Program-made: the position numbers and the translations under genes
Shown: piece by piece, positions 60,005 through 64,000 of the stretch
Numbering within the stretch: position 1 is the stretch's first letter
Layout: every line of letters starts with the position of its first letter
The notes under the pieces: model-generated
The model's database searches: none
What the model was told of the DNA's origin: nothing
Seen by the model: the letters and a program-made list of their open reading frames with translations, nothing else
Assembly: GCA_002269645.1 (NCBI GenBank)
Contig: NIVC01000952.1
Location: forward strand, 114,758-178,757
Reading direction: 5' to 3'
Length of the DNA: 64,000 bases
Source of the DNA: Macrostomum lignano
Taxonomy: Eukaryota

Positions 60005-62139
60005 TCAGAACTTAATACGATTCAGTACGTTGTGCTTTCCTTTGTCCCACACCTGGGTATGATATTGGATGACGTAGCTGGTCTTGAACGAATTGCGGCA
60101 GCGAGCCAGCGACTCTTCGCTGAAGTCGCCGAACAGGCGACAGCTCGGCGCGTTGTGACGAATCCAACTGTAGGGGTTGAACAGGTGAGGCGGGTAGATG
60201 GTCAGGTACGGCAGGCCGTCGAATGTGGTCTTGTCCAGGCCGCGTTTTCTGGCGCTGTGGATCCCGCGCATGATCAGGTAGGGGCCTGCAGTTCCGGGAG
60301 AGTTGAGTTATTGGTCGTCCTTGTAAATGGAATTTTTTCCTGGTAACACCCAATGGCATCTTATACTGTCTAACTATACTCCACCTCGTGTCTAACAGTC
60401 ATTCGATCGATTGTGTAACACCTTGCTCCACCTCGTGTCTAACAGTTATTCGATCGATTGTGTAACACTTTGCTCCACCTCGTGTCTAACAGTCATTCGA
60501 TCGATTGTGTAACACCTTGCTCCACCTCGTGTCTAACAGTCATTCGATCGATTGTGTAACACTTTGCTCCACCTCGTGTCTAACAGTCATTCGATCGATT
60601 GTGTAACAACTTGCTCCACCTCGTGTCTAACAGTCATTCGATCGATTGTGTAACAACTTGCTCTTACTTTTTGTGTAACAGTTAGTTGTCTGTGTAACAC
60701 ACGGAGTTTTCCTATACATTCCTAAGTCTCCAGCAAGAGCTTGTCAACCTCAATTTTCAGCCAGAACAATTTTTCCTATTTTCTTCCCGCGAAGTGGATT
60801 ATTAGGTCTGGGGGCGAAATGGCCTCCTACGCACAGACTTCACGATCGGGGCAAGTATGCTAGGAGCAGGAGAGTGCTACACCAGATGCCAGCTCAATCT
60901 CCTGCATTGATCTGCTGCTCACAACCCAATCTGAAAGGCGCACCAAGAGGAGCTTGTCTGATTAAGCCAAGGCGGAACATGCTATTGCAATTTGGCTCAA
61001 CAAACACACGCCAAGGTTCCTCCCCTTTAGGGAAGATATAGTACCATTTCTGAGCGAAAAGCGTCTACCATTAGATCTCTCCTCACGTACCTCCTCATGG
61101 TTGTTTTTAGTCACAGGGATGGCAACACTTTGATTTCAAGTGTTTTTTGTCAAGGCCAGCAATAGGTTGGCAAAAATATAAAGCCCCTGGTGCTGGCGCC
61201 CCTGGTGCTGGCGCCCGTGGTGCTGGCGCCCCTGGTGCTGGCGCCCCTGGTGCTGGCGCCCGTGGTGCTGGCGCCCCTGGTGCTGGCGCCCCTGGTGCTA
61301 AAGCCCCTGGTGCTAAAGCCCCTGGTGGTGGTGCTGGCGCTATACAATTCCTCCAGCCGATTCTTAAATCTCATAAACAGTGAATGCCTGAAGGCCTCAC
61401 CGGAGGTCATGATCGGCAGGCCCTCAGTCGTGGTGTTCAACACCCGGATGAGCTCCCAGAAGAAGGGATGCTTCGGCCGGCTGTACATAAACGAATTCTC
61501 AATTTGGCCTTCGTCAACGTAGGACGAGTCGCTGCTGCTGTAAATCATCTTGCCGTCCATGGCGCCGAAGGCCAAGCTAGTGTTAGCCAACATGTGCTCG
61601 AAGTTTGCCAGGCACTCGCAGTCCAGGTCGCAGTACAGTCCGCCGTAGTGGTACATGTAGAACAGCCGGCTAACGTCGGCTTTCTGCACGCCGACGCCGT
61701 AGGAGTCGAATCGGGCCAGAAACCAGGGATAGTGCTCGGCGATGAGCCGCCTGTTGTCCTCGTCAGTCCACAGGGCGTAGCGATAAGTCGGGAAGCAGCG
61801 ACCGAAGCTGCCGGCCCAACGAGCAAACAACGGCGGCAGAGTCGCGTTGACCCAGGACTGGTGCACCAATCTGATCACCGGCTGGTCTCTGGAGCCGACT
61901 GAAGCGGCAATCGATGGGTCGTCTAGCAAAGGAAACTGCCGACCGCCTCGATGTCGGTCGACAGTGCTTGCCTTCTTCGAGGAAGTCGGTGTAGCATTTA
62001 GGCCACGCTGGATGCCTCTAGCGGGCTTTCTGTGACCGCGCCCGTCAGAGGGAAGCAGGTGCCAGACCAGCCCGAGGCACAATAGGATGCCGAGCAGAAA
62101 CAGGCCAAGCCGACGGAAGTTGGGGAAGATATAGTTCAT
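60005..62139 (-). CDS. Type II membrane GT32-family (DXD) glycosyltransferase, Och1/SUR1-like
   Basis: Exon 61401-62139: TM segment LGLFLLGILLCLGLVW, IRLVHQSW, LWTDEDNR, KADVSRLFYMYHYGGLYCDLD, PKHPFFW. Exon 60005-60285 joins in phase 1 to give the TSGPYL motif. Confidence 0.88.
60379..60660. repeat. 47-bp minisatellite, about 6 units, in the glycosyltransferase intron
   Basis: ctccacctcgtgtctaacagtcattcgatcgattgtgtaacaccttg units; period 47. Confidence 0.95.
61187..61335. repeat. 15-bp minisatellite (gcccctggtgctggc) in the same intron
   Basis: About 9-10 units. Confidence 0.9.
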
Positions 62140-62439
62140 TGCGGCACCCTGCTGTTTGGCAACTGGGAATTCCTGAGTTCCTGCGGGTTGATTAAAGACT
62201 GATCTGCAGTAGTCCAACGGACGCAACCAGCGTATAGGGTGTGTGTAACTCGTACCTTTTGCAACGGCTTCGAGGGTTGGCGCACGTCTATTTATTGATT
62301 TCTGTACTAACCTCAGCCAACTTTGCTTAACTGTTCAATCACCGAATGGGAACTCAAACAGTGTTTATCTTTGTCTTCCTGGAAAGAGCTCTTTGTTCGA
62401 CTCCTCAGGGCACCGCGTTTTCACTTTATGAGGCTTAGG

Positions 62440-62910
62440 AGAGGGCTTTGAGACACTTGGAGAGGGCTCTGGTGCTGAATATTTGAGACACTTATAGAGG
62501 GCTCTGAGGCTGAATATTTGAGACACTTGGGGAGGGCTCTGAGGCTGAATATTTGAGACACTTGGGGAGGGCTCTGAGGCTGAATATTTGAGACACTTAT
62601 AGAGGGTCTGAGGCTGAATATTTGAGACACTTGTAGAGGGCTCTGAGGCTGAATATTTGAGACACTTGTAGAGGGTCTGAGGCTGAATATTTGAGACACT
62701 TGTAGAGGGTCTGAGGCTGAATATTTGAAACACTTGTAGAGGGTCTGAGGCTGATTATTTGAGACACTTATAGAGGACTCTGAGGCTGAATATTTGAGAC
62801 ACTTGCAGAGGGCTCTGAGGCTGAATTTTTGAGACACTTGTAGAGGGTCTGAGGCTGAATATTTGAGACACTTGCAGAGGGCTCTGAGGCTGAATATTTG
62901 AGACACTGGT
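62440..62910. repeat. 33-34-bp minisatellite upstream of the glycosyltransferase
   Basis: gagggtctgaggctgaatatttgagacacttgta, about 14 units. Confidence 0.95.
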
Positions 62911-63187
62911 GGAGGGGGCATTTAAGCACGCACGCAATGCGACCGACTCAGAATAATGCTTCGATAAACTACTGTGTATTCATTGTGTGTGTTGTGTGTG
63001 TGTGAGTATGTAGCTTGTAGTGCTGCGAAGTGTTCGGGAGTCCCGTACAATGCAACTACTAGTGGACAAGAGCTGACTGTGCATGCGGTAATTTTGTAGA
63101 ACAATAGGCCACTATAGTGTTAAAGGCTGCGAACATTTCTCTGGCACGAACTGTGTCAGAGCGGTAGATTAATTGAGAAGGACAGGC

Positions 63188-63300
63188 GAGTGGTCACTCC
63201 TACACGATTTCTTATGGAGAGTGCTCACTCCTACATGACTTCTCAATGATAGTGGACTCCCCTACAAGATTTCTCAAGGAGAGTGGACTCTCATAGCAAG
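63188..63300. repeat. Degenerate 31-bp tandem repeat, about 4 units
   Basis: gagtggtcactcctacacgatttcttatgga-like units. Confidence 0.7.
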
Positions 63301-64000
63301 TTCAGTGGACTCTACTAAATCCATTAGACTATCCCACGAAGATCGATATCAACAGGTGTACACACAATGCTGGATGAAACGCAGTTAAGCTAATAAGACT
63401 CACCGAGAGCTGGTTTATAAAAACTCCTCAACAAGCAACGCAGCCGGTAGCTCCTACAAGGGCGACTTCCGCTACTACACCGCCGTGCAGAAGCAGCAAT
63501 TTCACAGCCCAAAGCAGACAGAATAATATACGCGCGACTCAAAAATTTATGGACAAGCTTGCACGGGCACACACACACACACACCGACAGTGTTACTGTT
63601 GGCAAAATTATAAAAATGCCAAAAGAGAAAATCTCTCTACCGGGGAGAGGGGGCTGCTGCTCCAGTTCTCAGGCCAGCCAACCAACAAATTGTGTTGCTC
63701 CAACATCCCCGCCGCCTGCCCTCCATGCTCATTGAGGCGTTGAGCCAGCCAGCGCCTACTACAAAACTGCTGTGGCCTCCCTACTCACCATTGTCTGCCC
63801 GGTGAGGCAGGTCTCTCTCTCTCTCCCTCTCTCGCTCTCCCGCGAAACAAAAGTCGCTCCATTAAATCGGGGCATGGAGGGAGGGACAGCAAGACGGAGT
63901 GCGGATCTGAGAGAGGAGGATGGTGCGGACGGTCGGGGCCGGTGGTGGAGACGAGAGAAGGTGTTCCATCATCACCCCCCCCCCCCAACTGTTCAACATC

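Noticed and set aside
61147-61400. Collagen/elastin-like GAPGA ORF and the STRGA tail of the 358-aa ORF
   Set aside because: 15-bp intronic minisatellite; the real exon ends at the GTGAGG donor at 61400.

Overview
Eukaryotic (animal) genomic DNA with GT-AG introns, many minisatellites and decayed transposons. An EF-hand + dynein-light-chain (TAL-type) gene points to a flatworm; a Macrostomum-like free-living species is my inference. The window holds four gene loci. (1) Three tandem minus-strand paralogs (about 3.0-7.4, 14.1-22.0 and 24.1-33.1 kb) encode a hillarin/KY-type transglutaminase-like domain lacking catalytic Cys and His, a variable low-complexity linker, and a C-terminal domain matching the dynein heavy-chain stalk microtubule-binding domain (MTBD) with no motor. 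This architecture is the most novel-looking signal. (2) A plus-strand TAL-like gene at 9.4-10.5 kb. (3) A roughly 20 kb minus-strand RNF213/mysterin gene (34.3-54.9 kb) with AAA core, RING and a complete RZ finger, broken by many single-base frameshifts that may be assembly errors. (4) A GT32 DXD glycosyltransferase at 60.0-62.1 kb. Mobile DNA includes a foldback element carrying a spliced Ulp1-protease + PHD fragment, a THAP/P-like element with a 9-bp TSD, two 42-48 bp P-type palindromes with 8-bp TSDs, a deleted Tc1/IS630-like element, three LINE fragments (one flanked by an 85-bp direct repeat), SINEs and MITEs. All translation, splicing and alignment were done by eye; no database searches were run.
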